A stretch of 64,000 bases of DNA. It comes from Naegleria gruberi. Lineage: Eukaryota. Made by a program: the position numbers and the translations under genes. Position 1 is the first letter of the stretch; the number at the start of each line of letters is the position of its first letter. Location of the stretch: the NCBI GenBank assembly GCA_000004985.1, contig GG738857.1; one strand, written 5' to 3'. Shown here in pieces: positions 45,907-57,949 of this stretch. Below the pieces are notes generated by a model. The model searched no databases. It worked only from the letters and a program-made list of their open reading frames with translations, and was not told the origin of the DNA.

Positions 45907-47112
45907 TTATTGGAAATGATCAATGTAGAGATGACATGTCCTTGCAATAATATCCATACCAACCCGAGCACTCTTTTCCTTAAGGAATTGTGGATCTTTG
46001 AGTTTACCACTTTGCAAATAATATTTCCAATGACTTCCAATACCTAGCACGCAATAACACATCTGGAGAACTATGCAATGTTTGTAGGATTCAAGGAAAC
46101 TCTCCCAACTCAACTTGTTACCACTCAATGATTCAAAGTATTCACGGAGGAGCGACTCTTCCACTGTCCTCCTCTTTTGAATGGATATGCTTTGGGCAGT
46201 AAAATGTGAAAGATCATAGGAGCAAGGACCTTTGCTTAAGGATTGAAAATCAATAAATTTTACAGAATTTCCTTTCTTAATAATATTTTCCAATCTAAAA
46301 TCACCGTGAACGGCAAATGCTTGATCATTTTGGAGGTACGAGAGCGAGTTCTTAATGTTGGCCACCAAATTTGGCAACTCTATTCTTGTGTGAAAATGTT
46401 GCAAAATGGTATCACTGTAAGTAGACCAATCTAGTTCCTTAATAACGTCCAAAAATATTGTCCAGTCCCCCTCAACCTTCGCACAAACAGTTTCCACCAG
46501 ATATTTATCAAGATTTTCCTCCTTTTCTAGTAGCGAGTTAAATTCAAAGAAGAGAACTCCATTTATGAAGGAGTAAAACAAGCTCCTAACATTCAAATCA
46601 GAAAGATTGCTCCCAATTTCGAGTTGGACTCTCTGCCAATGTCTCAATATATTAGATGCATCCTCAATAGAGCAATCACTCAATTGATCCATTTCTCCAA
46701 TTCCACAATCTTCCATTACAATGTAAAATAATTGCTCTTCTTCATTCAAATATCCACTGGCAAATATCTTTGGTAAGCCATCAACTTTTTTCTTCATCAT
46801 CAACCATCTACAAAATTCCACTTCATTTCTGTATTGATTCTTCAATAGAGGTCTCATCTTTCCATTCGTACTAGCCAACTTGACAATCACACTCTCCTCT
46901 CCAACTTGTATTCTCAGCACCACACCACAAAATCCCTTCATTGTATTTACAATATTTCCATTCCTCAAGACCAGTTCCCAGGAAACATCTTCCCTCTTTT
47001 CATTCAATTGATCTTCAACATTCGATACAGATCGCAATGAATCACTCTTCTTGATCAATACCGTGGCATCATCAAGTAAGCCAGCATACAACCGCTCAAT
47101 ACAACTTTCCAT
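45907..47112 (-). CDS. Protein-kinase-like-fold phosphotransferase (APH/choline-kinase-like), 401 aa
   Basis: Catalytic loop 'AVHGDFRLENII' (HGD..N) and metal-binding 'IDFQS' in the expected order, preceded by a lysine-containing β-strand region. No protein-kinase activation-segment motifs. Confidence 0.55.
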   Translation of the reverse strand: MESCIERLYAGLLDDATVLIKKSDSLRSVSNVEDQLNEKREDVSWELVLRNGNIVNTMKGFCGVVLRIQVGEESVIVKLASTNGKMRPLLKNQYRNEVEFCRWLMMKKKVDGLPKIFASGYLNEEEQLFYIVMEDCGIGEMDQLSDCSIEDASNILRHWQRVQLEIGSNLSDLNVRSLFYSFINGVLFFEFNSLLEKEENLDKYLVETVCAKVEGDWTIFLDVIKELDWSTYSDTILQHFHTRIELPNLVANIKNSLSYLQNDQAFAVHGDFRLENIIKKGNSVKFIDFQSLSKGPCSYDLSHFTAQSISIQKRRTVEESLLREYFESLSGNKLSWESFLESYKHCIVLQMCYCVLGIGSHWKYYLQSGKLKDPQFLKEKSARVGMDIIARTCHLYIDHFQ

Positions 47113-47394
47113 TTTTTTTAAGGTTTTTTAAAAAATTGGCGCTCTTAAATTTTAAATTGATCAAAAATCGCCCGCGCTGTAATTGGATTTGGTTCTAAAA
47201 ACAACCTCTTCATACAACAAGACTCAGCTTTGGCAAAAATGAGGCTTCCTTCTAACATATTGATTTTGTAAGCTGCTGTGCTAACAAGAAGCTAGGCTTG
47301 TGTTGTAACAAGAACAAAAGATATTTAAGTGAAGATGGGGTCTCTTCTGTTTCACAAGTGCTATTCAGGTTTATTTACAATTTTAATAATTTAT

Positions 47395-49029
47395 TTACTT
47401 GTTGAGTTTGAATTTCTTTGAAGGTTTGGCATCTTGAATGGCACTTGGTCTGTATTCTCCCGAGATACCAATTCCAACATATCCATTTTGTACACTGAGA
47501 TTGGTATTGTCGATGATTAATCCAGGAAGATAGTTGGCCAAATTGAAGAGTGGAATACCATCAGCAAGTTGAATGTTAAGTTGACGAACAACTCCTCTTG
47601 CTACAACAACATTGACAATGAATGCAAAATTCTTAATATCTATTGGTCCAATCCATGATTGTTTCAAGGTGAGAAGAACTGATGGATTATCAATTTCGGC
47701 AGTCATGTTGATGGTAGTGGCATTATTCTTAAGGGAAATCTTATCCAAAGAGAATTGAGCAGCAACTGAGACAGAGAAGGCATTCACAGTTGAAGAACCA
47801 TTTAAAACTTGGAACAACAATTCACCATTGAAATTGGCATTCATTCCAACAGTTGTAATGTTAAAGTCTGGAACTGGTGCATTACTTGGGTTGCTTGACA
47901 AGACCAATTGGACAAGTTGATTTGGATACTTGTTGTAAAGTTCTGGGAGGTAAATCTTCAAACTTGTAGTATTGAGTTGGATCATTTCAGTTGGAGGGAC
48001 CATTTCAGGAGTAACGACAAATGAAATTTGGTTAGATTGGTGGAGACTGAATAATAAACTCTTTACAACAAAGTCAGTAACGTAAATTTGCAATAAATCA
48101 TTACTAGTTGGGCTGGTTGGCAAATCAACTGGTTCAAATGGTAATTTTTCACCGAGAGACTTGTCGAAGAATCTAACTTGAGAGAAGGCACCAACAGTCA
48201 AATAATCAACAACCTTAAAGATATCAAATCCAAAGTCGATCATTAAACTCATAGTTGATGACAAGTTGATTGGCATGATGAATGGTTGTTGAGCAATGTA
48301 ATCATTGACTTCTTGGATCTTCAAATGAATAGTATCAGAAACAGCATTAGCAATAAGTTTGTTAATAGTTGATGTAAAGAGAGAATCGAGCAAATTAATA
48401 ATCCATCCTTGAATACCACCTTCACTAATATGAATCTTCATGTCATACAATTCCAATCCAACTTGTGACATAAATTGTGGTTTTTCGTCAGGAGTAATTG
48501 ACAATTGAAGTCTCAAACCTCCATAAACACTTTCAGTATTAACATCAGCAATACCAGATCCAGTCAAATATGGGAATGACAATTGCTTGTATTGGAATTT
48601 GGTAGTCAAAACCAAACTTGCTTTGGACATTTTAACATAGAAATAATTACCAGTAGGATCCAATGAAGTTTGAATATCTTGTCCCAAGTCAATTTGTTGA
48701 AGTTTCGTTTCACTAACAACAACTTGAACATCACCAATCACTGAAACATGTTGTGTTACATTAATTTGTGGAATGACAATATGATCCTTTACATATTGTG
48801 CAAATTCGTCCTTATTTTTCTTTATAATTTGATTCAAATAGGAAATGTTTAAAAAGCCTGCAGAGGAAGGCTTTAAAGGAGTTGCTTTTATCTTATTTGT
48901 TATTGTTTTAATATTTCCTCGTAAATTTGATCCGCTAATTAATGATGCACACAAGCCGATGATCATCATACCCACTATCATCATCAGCGAGAGAATAAAA
49001 CTTCTCCCTCTATGATTGAATTTAAACAT
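47395..49029 (-). CDS. Secreted or type-II membrane protein of unknown function (544 aa)
   Basis: N-terminal hydrophobic anchor 'SFILSLMMIVGMMIIGLCASLI'. Long non-repetitive ORF. Confidence 0.55.
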   Translation of the reverse strand: MFKFNHRGRSFILSLMMIVGMMIIGLCASLISGSNLRGNIKTITNKIKATPLKPSSAGFLNISYLNQIIKKNKDEFAQYVKDHIVIPQINVTQHVSVIGDVQVVVSETKLQQIDLGQDIQTSLDPTGNYFYVKMSKASLVLTTKFQYKQLSFPYLTGSGIADVNTESVYGGLRLQLSITPDEKPQFMSQVGLELYDMKIHISEGGIQGWIINLLDSLFTSTINKLIANAVSDTIHLKIQEVNDYIAQQPFIMPINLSSTMSLMIDFGFDIFKVVDYLTVGAFSQVRFFDKSLGEKLPFEPVDLPTSPTSNDLLQIYVTDFVVKSLLFSLHQSNQISFVVTPEMVPPTEMIQLNTTSLKIYLPELYNKYPNQLVQLVLSSNPSNAPVPDFNITTVGMNANFNGELLFQVLNGSSTVNAFSVSVAAQFSLDKISLKNNATTINMTAEIDNPSVLLTLKQSWIGPIDIKNFAFIVNVVVARGVVRQLNIQLADGIPLFNLANYLPGLIIDNTNLSVQNGYVGIGISGEYRPSAIQDAKPSKKFKLNK

Positions 49030-49382
49030 TTTTTTTTGGCTTGATTTATATTTGGCTTGATGGGCAAGATTTTATGGGATTCGAAGTCCGCATTGGAAAT
49101 CATGCCTTTCAGGTTCAACAATAAATGTTATCTAAAACATGTATTATTATAGGTGAATAGGAAGAAGAATCATACCAATAAGACTAATTGCCATTAAAGC
49201 ACAATGCAAATATCATAAAAATTGATTTCATTTTCTTGCATTTTGTAATTTGAATTGCAAAATTAATAATTGTCAAGTACATATTTGTAAGGGTGAATTA
49301 AAATTCTCTCTTTGATATTATTCAAAACTTTTCCCGCCTTCCAGTCTCTACTCGAATGGAAGAGTTTCATAATTAAAAAAAA

Positions 49383-50462
49383 ATGTCTCAACAATCATCA
49401 GTGCAGAGTTTGCTGTTTCCCTTCTTGCAAACTTATCACTGTGGTAATTCGGAATGTAAATACTACAATGAAGAACAATGTCTTGATAGACCTCTCGGGG
49501 AAGAGTTGATAGATTCTGGAATTTCGACATGTTTAAAGTGTTTTTCTTGTGATGATAGTTTACTTCCTTGTGATTGTTGTACACAATTATTTTCAATAGG
49601 TGCTAAAACTTCACCATCATCTAACATGATTAAATTCTGTTCGTATTGTAGCTTTCCGAACGTTTGTCATCCAAAGTGGAGAAGACATGATGGATTTTCA
49701 TTATCGGAACAGGAAAAGCTACAACAAATCAAATACATTCAACTTCAAATTATAGAACATTCATCTGGGGAAGCTACAATTAATCACAGTGAAAAGGAAT
49801 ATGGAAAACACTTGTTGGATAGTTGTCCTAATGATGACCAATTCACAATTGAAATGTTTTACAGATCACCTCTTACTTTTGGTTCTGCTCTGAAAACAAC
49901 ACTTGGAATTTTGACAGAGCCTAAGAAACAATTCTTTGAATCTGATTTTCTCATGCTAAAATCACTCTATGCTAGCTCAATTACTAAAGAGGCTAAATTA
50001 TCGAAACTTTTCGAGAATATTGAAAAACATTTCGTAAAGAACACCTCCCTCCATTCAGTATTGCAGAACATTAACCAATATATTTTAGGCAATGTTAGCT
50101 TTCCACTCCTTCCAAATTGTAGTAAATTGAACACTATCAAAATGATATTTAAGAATCAGTTTTTAATAATGTTGGAAACTCTACGATTGGAATTAACCAC
50201 AAATTTATTACCTAACATAATAGAACCACTCAATGAACACATTACTGAAATATCACAACTAACAAATGAAGGAAAATTGAAAAGTACTACTAAGATACCT
50301 AGACCACTAATCTATCCATTTGGATCCACACCACTAGGAGAAACCAATGAAAGTCAAGAATCTCTGTTTATCAAAAAGTTTGAATTGTGGAGAAGTTTAT
50401 ACTTTCAATTATCCACTATCATTAACTTGCTTTCAACATTCCATCCTTGTACAAGTGTGTAA
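49383..50462 (+). CDS. Hypothetical protein with N-terminal Cys-rich region (zinc-finger-like), 359 aa
   Basis: 'CGNSECKYYNEEQCLD...CLKCFSCDDSLLPCDCC...CSYCSFPNVCH' cysteine clusters. The rest is helical and low-complexity. Confidence 0.5.
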   Translation: MSQQSSVQSLLFPFLQTYHCGNSECKYYNEEQCLDRPLGEELIDSGISTCLKCFSCDDSLLPCDCCTQLFSIGAKTSPSSNMIKFCSYCSFPNVCHPKWRRHDGFSLSEQEKLQQIKYIQLQIIEHSSGEATINHSEKEYGKHLLDSCPNDDQFTIEMFYRSPLTFGSALKTTLGILTEPKKQFFESDFLMLKSLYASSITKEAKLSKLFENIEKHFVKNTSLHSVLQNINQYILGNVSFPLLPNCSKLNTIKMIFKNQFLIMLETLRLELTTNLLPNIIEPLNEHITEISQLTNEGKLKSTTKIPRPLIYPFGSTPLGETNESQESLFIKKFELWRSLYFQLSTIINLLSTFHPCTSV

Positions 50463-50773
50463 ATAATAAAAACTTCTTCCAATGATGCCATTGTACAAGT
50501 CCAATCGACAATGAATGCATGCTTAGCTTCCTTTCTAGTCATTACTTTGAATAGAGTTTCTAATAATTGTTTGCTATCGTTTTGATGATTACCAATTCTA
50601 AATTCCAATCTGTTTGCAAAAGTTTCATTGTGTGAAATTAAATTAGGTGGAATTCCATTTTCATTTTCAACCAATGAGGTTTGAACATAATTTCTAGCAA
50701 CTTCATTATATTCTGTACTTGATGTTTGGACGTATAACTTGTAAATTATCTCATTCTTTTGTCAAGATTGACA

Positions 50774-51775
50774 TTATTCCAGCATTTTTTTCACGAATTC
50801 TTCATCCGCATCTAACCTCTCTTGAATAGTATGTTTTGTCTTTTCACACACCCTCTCTACTTGATAATAAATATTCTTCAATTCCTTTTCTATCCTTGCA
50901 TTATTAGTTTGTTGATTGCTGAATCGTTTTTCCCATTCTTTCAAAAACTGCCTTTTCTCTTCTATCATTTCCTTTAAAAGAATTTCAGATTGCTGACAAT
51001 GCTGTTCCTGTAAATCTTTAATCTGAGCTACAATAGAGCGCTTAGTGTAAGGTCTTCATCAACTCCTTCATCATCTTTTTGAATATTTTCAATAAACTTG
51101 GTTCTAAGGATTTTAGCTTGCTCCACTATTGATTTCGGAACTTTCACAGTTTCATTAGTTTCAAATCTTCTATCCTCTTTGATTTTTGCTAATTTTGCTT
51201 TCGTTTCTGCTGCCATTTCCAGAATCTTATTAAACTTTTGTTCATATAGTGGTGACACAGTGCTGAACTTTCTCTTTTTCTCATTTAGTCTCTCACTTTC
51301 ATTGATCACCTTTACACCTCGTTCATACTCATCAATTAATTCCTGAACAGTATCGTTTTTTGATTTCCTAAACAATGGATTGTAGCCACATTCATCTGAT
51401 TCATTATTTTCAATTTCCAATTCCTTATGATTATTACTCCTCCTAGAATTTAATTCATTTTCCTTTAAATCCTTTTCAATCTCGGAAATATGTTTCCTGA
51501 TTAAATCCAAAGATTTGTGCAATGATTCGATAATCAGTACTCGCCCGAGACTTGTTTGGAAGATCCATTCTCTTCATAGCAGCTATGTACAATCTGCTCA
51601 TATTTGCATGCCATTTAATTAAAACAGAATTTGTTGCATTAGAATTTGCTGGTAAATCAATCACGGTTCCGAGAATTTTCACAAATCTATCAAAATCCAA
51701 ACCGACTGCTTCATTGTTATTATTACTAATATCTTGTGATGATGAAGTTTTCATTCCCGACATTTTTAATTGCAA
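50774..51775 (-). CDS. Coiled-coil protein gene, multi-exon, exon boundaries unresolved
   Basis: Three consecutive minus-strand ORFs (51476..51775, 51028..51522, 50774..50968) overlap out of frame. All encode charged heptad-like sequence. At least one short intron must join them, and a candidate GT...AG lies at ~51480-51535. Confidence 0.4.
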
Positions 51776-51831
51776 ATGTTTTCATCGCAGTGCATTGGTT
51801 GAGTGAAATAAATTACAATAATGGATTTTAA

Positions 51832-52929
51832 TTATTTAAGGTATGGAATAATGTTATCAATGAACCACTGCTCAGTGAATCGAAGATGATCACCATTGCT
51901 TTCTAAAAAGACCAATTTTCCTGCTTTATCCATTTCTTGTAAGCCAAGCCAATCCTCCTTGTAGAGTGGCGATTCTCTTAATGGAACGACACGTTTATCT
52001 TGTCCAGGTTGATAAAATTCAAATTGTTCAGATTCTATTGGTTGTACGAATGAGTCTTGCAAGAATTTCACCATTACAAATTTGTTCAAGCTCTTTAAAT
52101 TAATCTTGTAAGTTTCATTCTTAATTCTTCCATAATTATTAATGTCTGGAAGGAAAATACACTTATCAATATATTCCTGTTCATTGAAAGGATCATGCCA
52201 ATATTCTGCTTGAACAAGAGAATCTTGAACCCAACCCCAATAAACTCCAATATCCAACATTTCTCTTATATATTCGCAAACTGTATGATTGACTCCAATA
52301 CATTTAGGTAAGCCATAAACTCCTTGATGTTGTCCTCCAATACTGATCAAATTATTAACCTTTGGCAAATTGCATCTTTGAACAAAGGCTGCATTATTAA
52401 AATATCACAATAGGTCAGTAATTGGTTTACAATATAAAACAAACCTCTCAAAAATTGAGATCCTTGAGAGAATCCAATAGCATTAAATCCATCCTTCAAA
52501 TTAGGATCCTTCTTCAACATATCACAAGCCATTTGAACTTGTTTGTTGGCATTCATTAGATAACTATTCTCAACATCTTCCTCTATATTATTTCCAATTC
52601 TAATAGAATGAATATATGGTAAATTTGATGAATTAAATTGTGATCTAATCAGTGTTTCAATCTTTCCCATTGACTATTATTCCGATCCAATTAATAATTA
52701 AATTTATTAGAATTTGATCAACAACAATTGAATAATAACATACAAATGGAAAACAGCATGAATCACCCATACCATGCCACAATACAATTGGTTTAATACT
52801 ATCACTTGATGAAGCAGCAACTTGTTGTGATTTTGGATTGATACGAACCGATAATGATTCCACCTCCGTGCTGATCATGAACACACAAATCACAACCAAC
52901 AATACAAACATGAACCGCCTTTCCTTCAT
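51832..52929 (-). CDS. PPT1: Palmitoyl-protein thioesterase 1 (3 exons)
   Basis: The exons are 52929..52744, 52673..52445 and 52388..51832. The 70-bp intron (52674-52743) runs GTATGT...AG and the 56-bp intron (52389-52444) runs GT...AG. The spliced product carries 'PIVLWHGMGDSCCFPFSMG', 'GFSQGSQFLRAFVQRC', 'ISIGGQHQGVYGLP', 'VQAEYWHDP', 'FVMVKFLQDS' and 'FLESNGDHL'. It is collinear with PPT1, including the catalytic Ser (GFSQG), Asp and His. Confidence 0.9.
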
Positions 52930-53309
52930 TTTTCTATTTCTTGATTTAATTCTATTAAAAGATCACCTCATGATGATCAATAATAGTAACTATCAGCAAT
53001 CAAGCCTTTTATTGCAAATTTTTGTTCTAATAACTGAATGAGATTTCATTAAGCGAAAAGCAATAATTAATTCCTTGATGATATTTTTGTTTTTTAAATT
53101 TTAAAAAAAACAAACAAATATGATTATAAAGTAAAGCATTATTAAAATTTGCTCTTTTATTAAGGAAGTAATGTCAATGGGTCACTGAGAACAAGAGTGT
53201 CTGAATAACAGCAAAACTCCTCACCCAGACATTAATTTTAAGAAATCCATTCGTTCTGAACGTTATGAGAAAGGATATCTAATCCAAAAGTCCGTCACAC
53301 GAAAAGAAA

Positions 53310-55910
53310 ATGATTGGTTGTTTTCTTCGTCATCATCATGATGGATCATCTCTGCTGGTGATCCTTTCTGTGATGATAATTTCTTCATTATTAATAATTA
53401 TTAATTCATCTGATGCTGCAATAATTTCTCTGAATAATAATCAAACAATTAATCATCAACATCATAACCAACAACAAGAATATATTTCACAATTTTGGAT
53501 GAATAGTAATGTTATTCCTTCCTTATTACCTTCTCATAAATCAAGAGCCTCTCGTTTCTATTATTCCAATCATCATCAACAACAGCAAGAGAAAAAGGCT
53601 ATTAGAAATAATCATCATCATGAAATTGTGAAGGAGTTGCCAAGTGAAAAGAAGATTTACAAGGGATTTGCAACAATCGACTCACAAATCAGAGAAAATG
53701 TTTATTCAAAAGGGGCTGCAGCAACTTCACAAGATTTCCTTCTTCCACGACCAAAGATGTACTCTGGTATTCAAACAAAGGATTCGGATCCATTATACTT
53801 TGGTATTGCTTGGAATGAATATGATAATCAACAGTGGAATATCAAAGTGAGAGAAAATGTTTACACTGAAGATATTCAATTTAATTGTTTGAAAGTGGAA
53901 CGTGCTGATCCCTTGACATTCTCCAAGGTTATTGTTGTGGATCAATATTTGACCAATGTTCGTCTGAATATCACAACTGTAAAATATGGAGGTGTGAAGA
54001 ATAATGCATTTGCTGTGAAAATTACAGGTGAATCAATGTATGATCCAAGAAAGAAGGAGAAGGTTGATGATCACATTGCTGTTTATTTGTACACTGGTGT
54101 AACTAAGGGAGAGGTTTATGATATGAAGACTGATTCAAATGGACAATTGGTATTACAAGGAGTTGACGACAGTTCTTATGGTAGTTTTAGAATGAGAACT
54201 AGCTCTGTGAAGGGTGCCAATACAGAAAAAACCAAGTGGAGATATGATAATGCGCTTGAATCATTCTACTTTGTAAATGAAACTGACAGACCATATTATG
54301 CCAAGCAAATAATTACTGACACGATCAGCTCTGGAGTTGGAAATGACTATAACAATAATCCAGCCTGTTGTCAAAATGGTGGAAATCACTTTAATTTATT
54401 GCCAAATAAGAAAATGTCACAAAAGAGTAATATTGGTATTATTCAAAAGGTTCTTAAAACACCTTTCGAATGGGTTATTACCTTTGATAATCCTAATGCC
54501 AATCCTCTCACTGATCTTGAATCATCGCCTGCCTATATTGACCACCTCTATGAAAAGTACAAACAAGAGTTTGAACAAAAGTTTGATGATAGATTCCCTG
54601 TCACTAATTTCATTAATACAAATACTCAAAAAGCTTCTGCTCAAGATTACAGAGAGTTTGGTATGCAAGTTGTTAGCAGTTTAATGTTTGGATTGAGTTA
54701 TTTTGAAGGTTCAGGATATTTCAAGAATATGAGTGATCCAGCGAATCCAATTATTGTCATGAAGAATAGAAAATTATTATCTCTCATTCCCAACAAACAA
54801 TCCTTCCCTCGTCCATTCTATTGGGATGAAGCATTCATGGAAATGGTTCAAGTGAGATGGAATAGAGAAGTATTTGAAGAAGTAACTAGAAATTGGCATT
54901 TTGATGCAATTCTTGATGATATCACTGGATGGATCGATAGAGAACAATTTATTGGAGAAGAGGCTAGATACCAACAACCCCAATGGGCTTGGTATGGCTT
55001 ATCAAATCAAATGAATCCACCAGTTTACTTTATCACTTTGGAGAGATATTGCAGAATGTATGACAAGAATGTTGTTATTGATTATTTTAACAGAACTGGT
55101 CTCTTTGAAAGATTACAAAAGATCCTTGCTTGGTATTTGAAGAATCTTCAAGCTGCTGGAAGTGAAGAGTATACTTACAGATGGGGAGGAAGAGTTTTTG
55201 ATGTTTCTCTAGATAGTGGTCTTGATGATTATCCAAGATTTATGAAGGTTCTACCAGGAGAGAGCAATGTAGATCTTCAAGCATGGATTGCTAAAGCAGC
55301 TCAAGTTATGAGCGACTTGTCTCAAATGTTATCCAAGCCAAAAGATCTCATTGATTACTATGCCTCCATATCCAATATTATTTCCAAGAATTTACATGAT
55401 TTGTTCTGGAATGAATCAATTGGATTTTATGTTGACAGATCAAAAACTCTTGGATTTGCCAACCACATTGGATACATTGGAATGTTACCTGTTTGTCTTG
55501 GAATTGAAACTAACATGACTCGTGTGGAAAAAACAATTGAAAAAATGTCAAACTCTGACTATTTATGGTATGAAGAGGGTGGTATCATTTCTCTCTCCTA
55601 TGAAGATATTACATTTGAAAGATCAGGTCAGTATTGGAGAGGAGCATTGTGGGCACCTTTTCAATATCAATGTGCTAGAGGACTTGCCTTTTATGAGAAT
55701 AATTACAAGTTGAACTCTGCCAAAATAATGAGAAAGAAAATTCAAACTGCCTACGTTAACAATGTTGTAAAGCATTACCACGTTAATGATAATTCCATTG
55801 GTGCAATCTATGAGACATACCATCCAACTGATGGAAGAGGTTTCAATAATCATCCTTTCACTGGTTGGTCAGCTCTAGTTGTTTTATTAATGTCTGAGGA
55901 TTATCAATAA
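53310..55910 (+). CDS. Mannosyl-oligosaccharide glucosidase (glucosidase I, GH63), type-II membrane protein, 866 aa
   Basis: The N-terminal signal anchor is followed by the GH63 hallmark 'SFPRPFYWDEAFMEMV' (vertebrate 'FFPRGFLWDEGFH'). The C-terminal (α/α)6 region carries 'RWGGR...DDYPR'. Single uninterrupted ORF. Confidence 0.8.
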   Translation: MIGCFLRHHHDGSSLLVILSVMIISSLLIIINSSDAAIISLNNNQTINHQHHNQQQEYISQFWMNSNVIPSLLPSHKSRASRFYYSNHHQQQQEKKAIRNNHHHEIVKELPSEKKIYKGFATIDSQIRENVYSKGAAATSQDFLLPRPKMYSGIQTKDSDPLYFGIAWNEYDNQQWNIKVRENVYTEDIQFNCLKVERADPLTFSKVIVVDQYLTNVRLNITTVKYGGVKNNAFAVKITGESMYDPRKKEKVDDHIAVYLYTGVTKGEVYDMKTDSNGQLVLQGVDDSSYGSFRMRTSSVKGANTEKTKWRYDNALESFYFVNETDRPYYAKQIITDTISSGVGNDYNNNPACCQNGGNHFNLLPNKKMSQKSNIGIIQKVLKTPFEWVITFDNPNANPLTDLESSPAYIDHLYEKYKQEFEQKFDDRFPVTNFINTNTQKASAQDYREFGMQVVSSLMFGLSYFEGSGYFKNMSDPANPIIVMKNRKLLSLIPNKQSFPRPFYWDEAFMEMVQVRWNREVFEEVTRNWHFDAILDDITGWIDREQFIGEEARYQQPQWAWYGLSNQMNPPVYFITLERYCRMYDKNVVIDYFNRTGLFERLQKILAWYLKNLQAAGSEEYTYRWGGRVFDVSLDSGLDDYPRFMKVLPGESNVDLQAWIAKAAQVMSDLSQMLSKPKDLIDYYASISNIISKNLHDLFWNESIGFYVDRSKTLGFANHIGYIGMLPVCLGIETNMTRVEKTIEKMSNSDYLWYEEGGIISLSYEDITFERSGQYWRGALWAPFQYQCARGLAFYENNYKLNSAKIMRKKIQTAYVNNVVKHYHVNDNSIGAIYETYHPTDGRGFNNHPFTGWSALVVLLMSEDYQ

Positions 55911-55987
55911 ATTCAAAACAAAGAAAACTTTAGTGAGACAGCAACTGCACATAAGAAATGAGTAAACCCTTGATTTATTCTGAACTA

Positions 55988-57949
55988 TTACCAAGAGGAT
56001 TCTTCATGAATCTTTTTACGCCAATCATCCTTCAAACAGACAAATGTAATTTCTGGGTGTGCATTTCTCAACTCATCCCAAGAAACAAATTGTTTAGGTT
56101 TGCTTCCATTTCTTTCTCTTCCATACTCCATATCTGACTCATTTGGTTCGTAATATTCAACAAGTTTAAGGGATGGTGGATGATTGATAAATGGGTCCTT
56201 AGTAAACATGCACACAACCAAACTCAAAGATTCCAATTCAGTCAAACTCTTCAACATGAGTTCTAATTCTTCTCCTTGAACAAAGTTTGGCATTCGTTGC
56301 CTTAATTCAAATCTCTTTAGTCCTGGATTGTTATTGGAAATTTGTTTGGAAATTGAATTGTCAAACTCCTCAACAGCAACAACTTTCAAGTTTTTGAATT
56401 TCTCTAAACAATAACCAGTAAAAGTTACAGAAGTATCATAAGTACCATATCCATAATTGTAAGTGAGAGGTATCCAAATATTGGAAGCAGAGTTCAATAG
56501 AGAATTATTGAGTGCATTATGAATAAATTCCCTGTAGGTTAATCGATGATTTGGAAGGAATATCTTGCCCATCTTACCTCTTGGATCCTCCACTTTTGCC
56601 TTAATATCATGTGTTAAACTATCAATGGAAACTTGTACTTGAAAGTTCTGTAAATATTTCACAATGACCTTTCTCCAAACTTTTCCACTTGCAGCTGAAG
56701 TAATCAATGTTCTTGTGGGGAGGAACGATAATACATTAAATAGAGTATCATCATCCAAAAGTCTAATATGAAATGCCGAAATTTGACTTGAAAATGGATT
56801 AATAAACTTGGCCTTTCTTTCATCGTCTGCTTTCTCCTTATTCAAACCTAATCTTCCATATGCACAAGCTCTCATCAAATAGGTCTGTTCTCGTTGTCTA
56901 GTGAGTGGCATTAAGGAAATTGATTGTGTGAAATCCTCAATAGCATACTTGACAAGATCCTTAGACAAGTAATAATAACAAAGTCCTCTATTGTAATAAG
57001 TAGATTCCAACAAATCAGAATCATAAACTAATCCAATAGAGATGGCATTATTAAAGAGAGTAATGGCCTTCTCATAACGAGCTGAATTATAATAGGAAAT
57101 ACCAGCCCTTACATATAATAATTCGAGTGAAATCAAAGTTTTTGGTTTTTCCTTAAGAATTGGCTTTGTTGTGTCCAATTTCAAATTGTGATTGAAAAAG
57201 TTCTTGACGTTATTGTTGAAATTTGAGGAAAATCTTGAAAAGTTTTGAGAAACTGTAATCATAGTTCGCTCAATTGGTTTTTTAGAATTAATTTGTAATT
57301 CAACAAATTCCTTTTCCAATTCTAGAATTTCATCTTCGGTTAATGGTTGATTATTCGAATTGACCAAAGTTTCTCTCAAATGAATTGAACTAAAGAATGA
57401 ATCACCAGCCGATTGGAAATCACCATTAGCATATTCAATAGAACCCTTCAAATACATTGTGAGATAACTGTCTCTAACAGCTGACACCTCCAAAGCTTCC
57501 AATAAACTCCAAGCTTCCTTCAAATCTGCATTCGATTCTTCCAATCTAGAATCTTCCAAACGAATCGTTGCTCTCTTTAACAATAATCTTGCCAATTCTT
57601 CATTAGAAACTTTTGTTTCCCTCTTCATAGCTTCAACTGCCATCGTTGTTTCTTGATCCAACTCGAGAGCTCTTTCCATTCGTTTCTTCTTCTCTGATTC
57701 CTTCATCATGTCCAAAATCTTTTCATTATTTCCACGAATGGAATGATCAATCGACTCGGCCAGTCTTTTCACACCCGCAGCAGCACCAACTACCAAGATC
57801 AATGGTAATAAAAACATTGGAGGATTATAACTATTGGAAACCAGTTCATCAATTTTAAGCAATATTTCACACAATTTCACACACACACGAATATTAAGGT
57901 AAATTTTCATCATCATTTTAGCAACATCATCATGAGAACCCGAAGACAC
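55988..57949 (-). CDS. TPR + F-box-like + LRR-like protein (653 aa)
   Basis: TPR-like helical repeats ('YYNSARYEKAITLFNNAISIGLVY...'). F-box-like 'LLDDDTLFNVLSFLPTRTLITSAASGKVWRKV'. C-terminal Leu-rich region. Possible N-terminal TM segment. Confidence 0.55.
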   Translation of the reverse strand: MSSGSHDDVAKMMMKIYLNIRVCVKLCEILLKIDELVSNSYNPPMFLLPLILVVGAAAGVKRLAESIDHSIRGNNEKILDMMKESEKKKRMERALELDQETTMAVEAMKRETKVSNEELARLLLKRATIRLEDSRLEESNADLKEAWSLLEALEVSAVRDSYLTMYLKGSIEYANGDFQSAGDSFFSSIHLRETLVNSNNQPLTEDEILELEKEFVELQINSKKPIERTMITVSQNFSRFSSNFNNNVKNFFNHNLKLDTTKPILKEKPKTLISLELLYVRAGISYYNSARYEKAITLFNNAISIGLVYDSDLLESTYYNRGLCYYYLSKDLVKYAIEDFTQSISLMPLTRQREQTYLMRACAYGRLGLNKEKADDERKAKFINPFSSQISAFHIRLLDDDTLFNVLSFLPTRTLITSAASGKVWRKVIVKYLQNFQVQVSIDSLTHDIKAKVEDPRGKMGKIFLPNHRLTYREFIHNALNNSLLNSASNIWIPLTYNYGYGTYDTSVTFTGYCLEKFKNLKVVAVEEFDNSISKQISNNNPGLKRFELRQRMPNFVQGEELELMLKSLTELESLSLVVCMFTKDPFINHPPSLKLVEYYEPNESDMEYGRERNGSKPKQFVSWDELRNAHPEITFVCLKDDWRKKIHEESSW

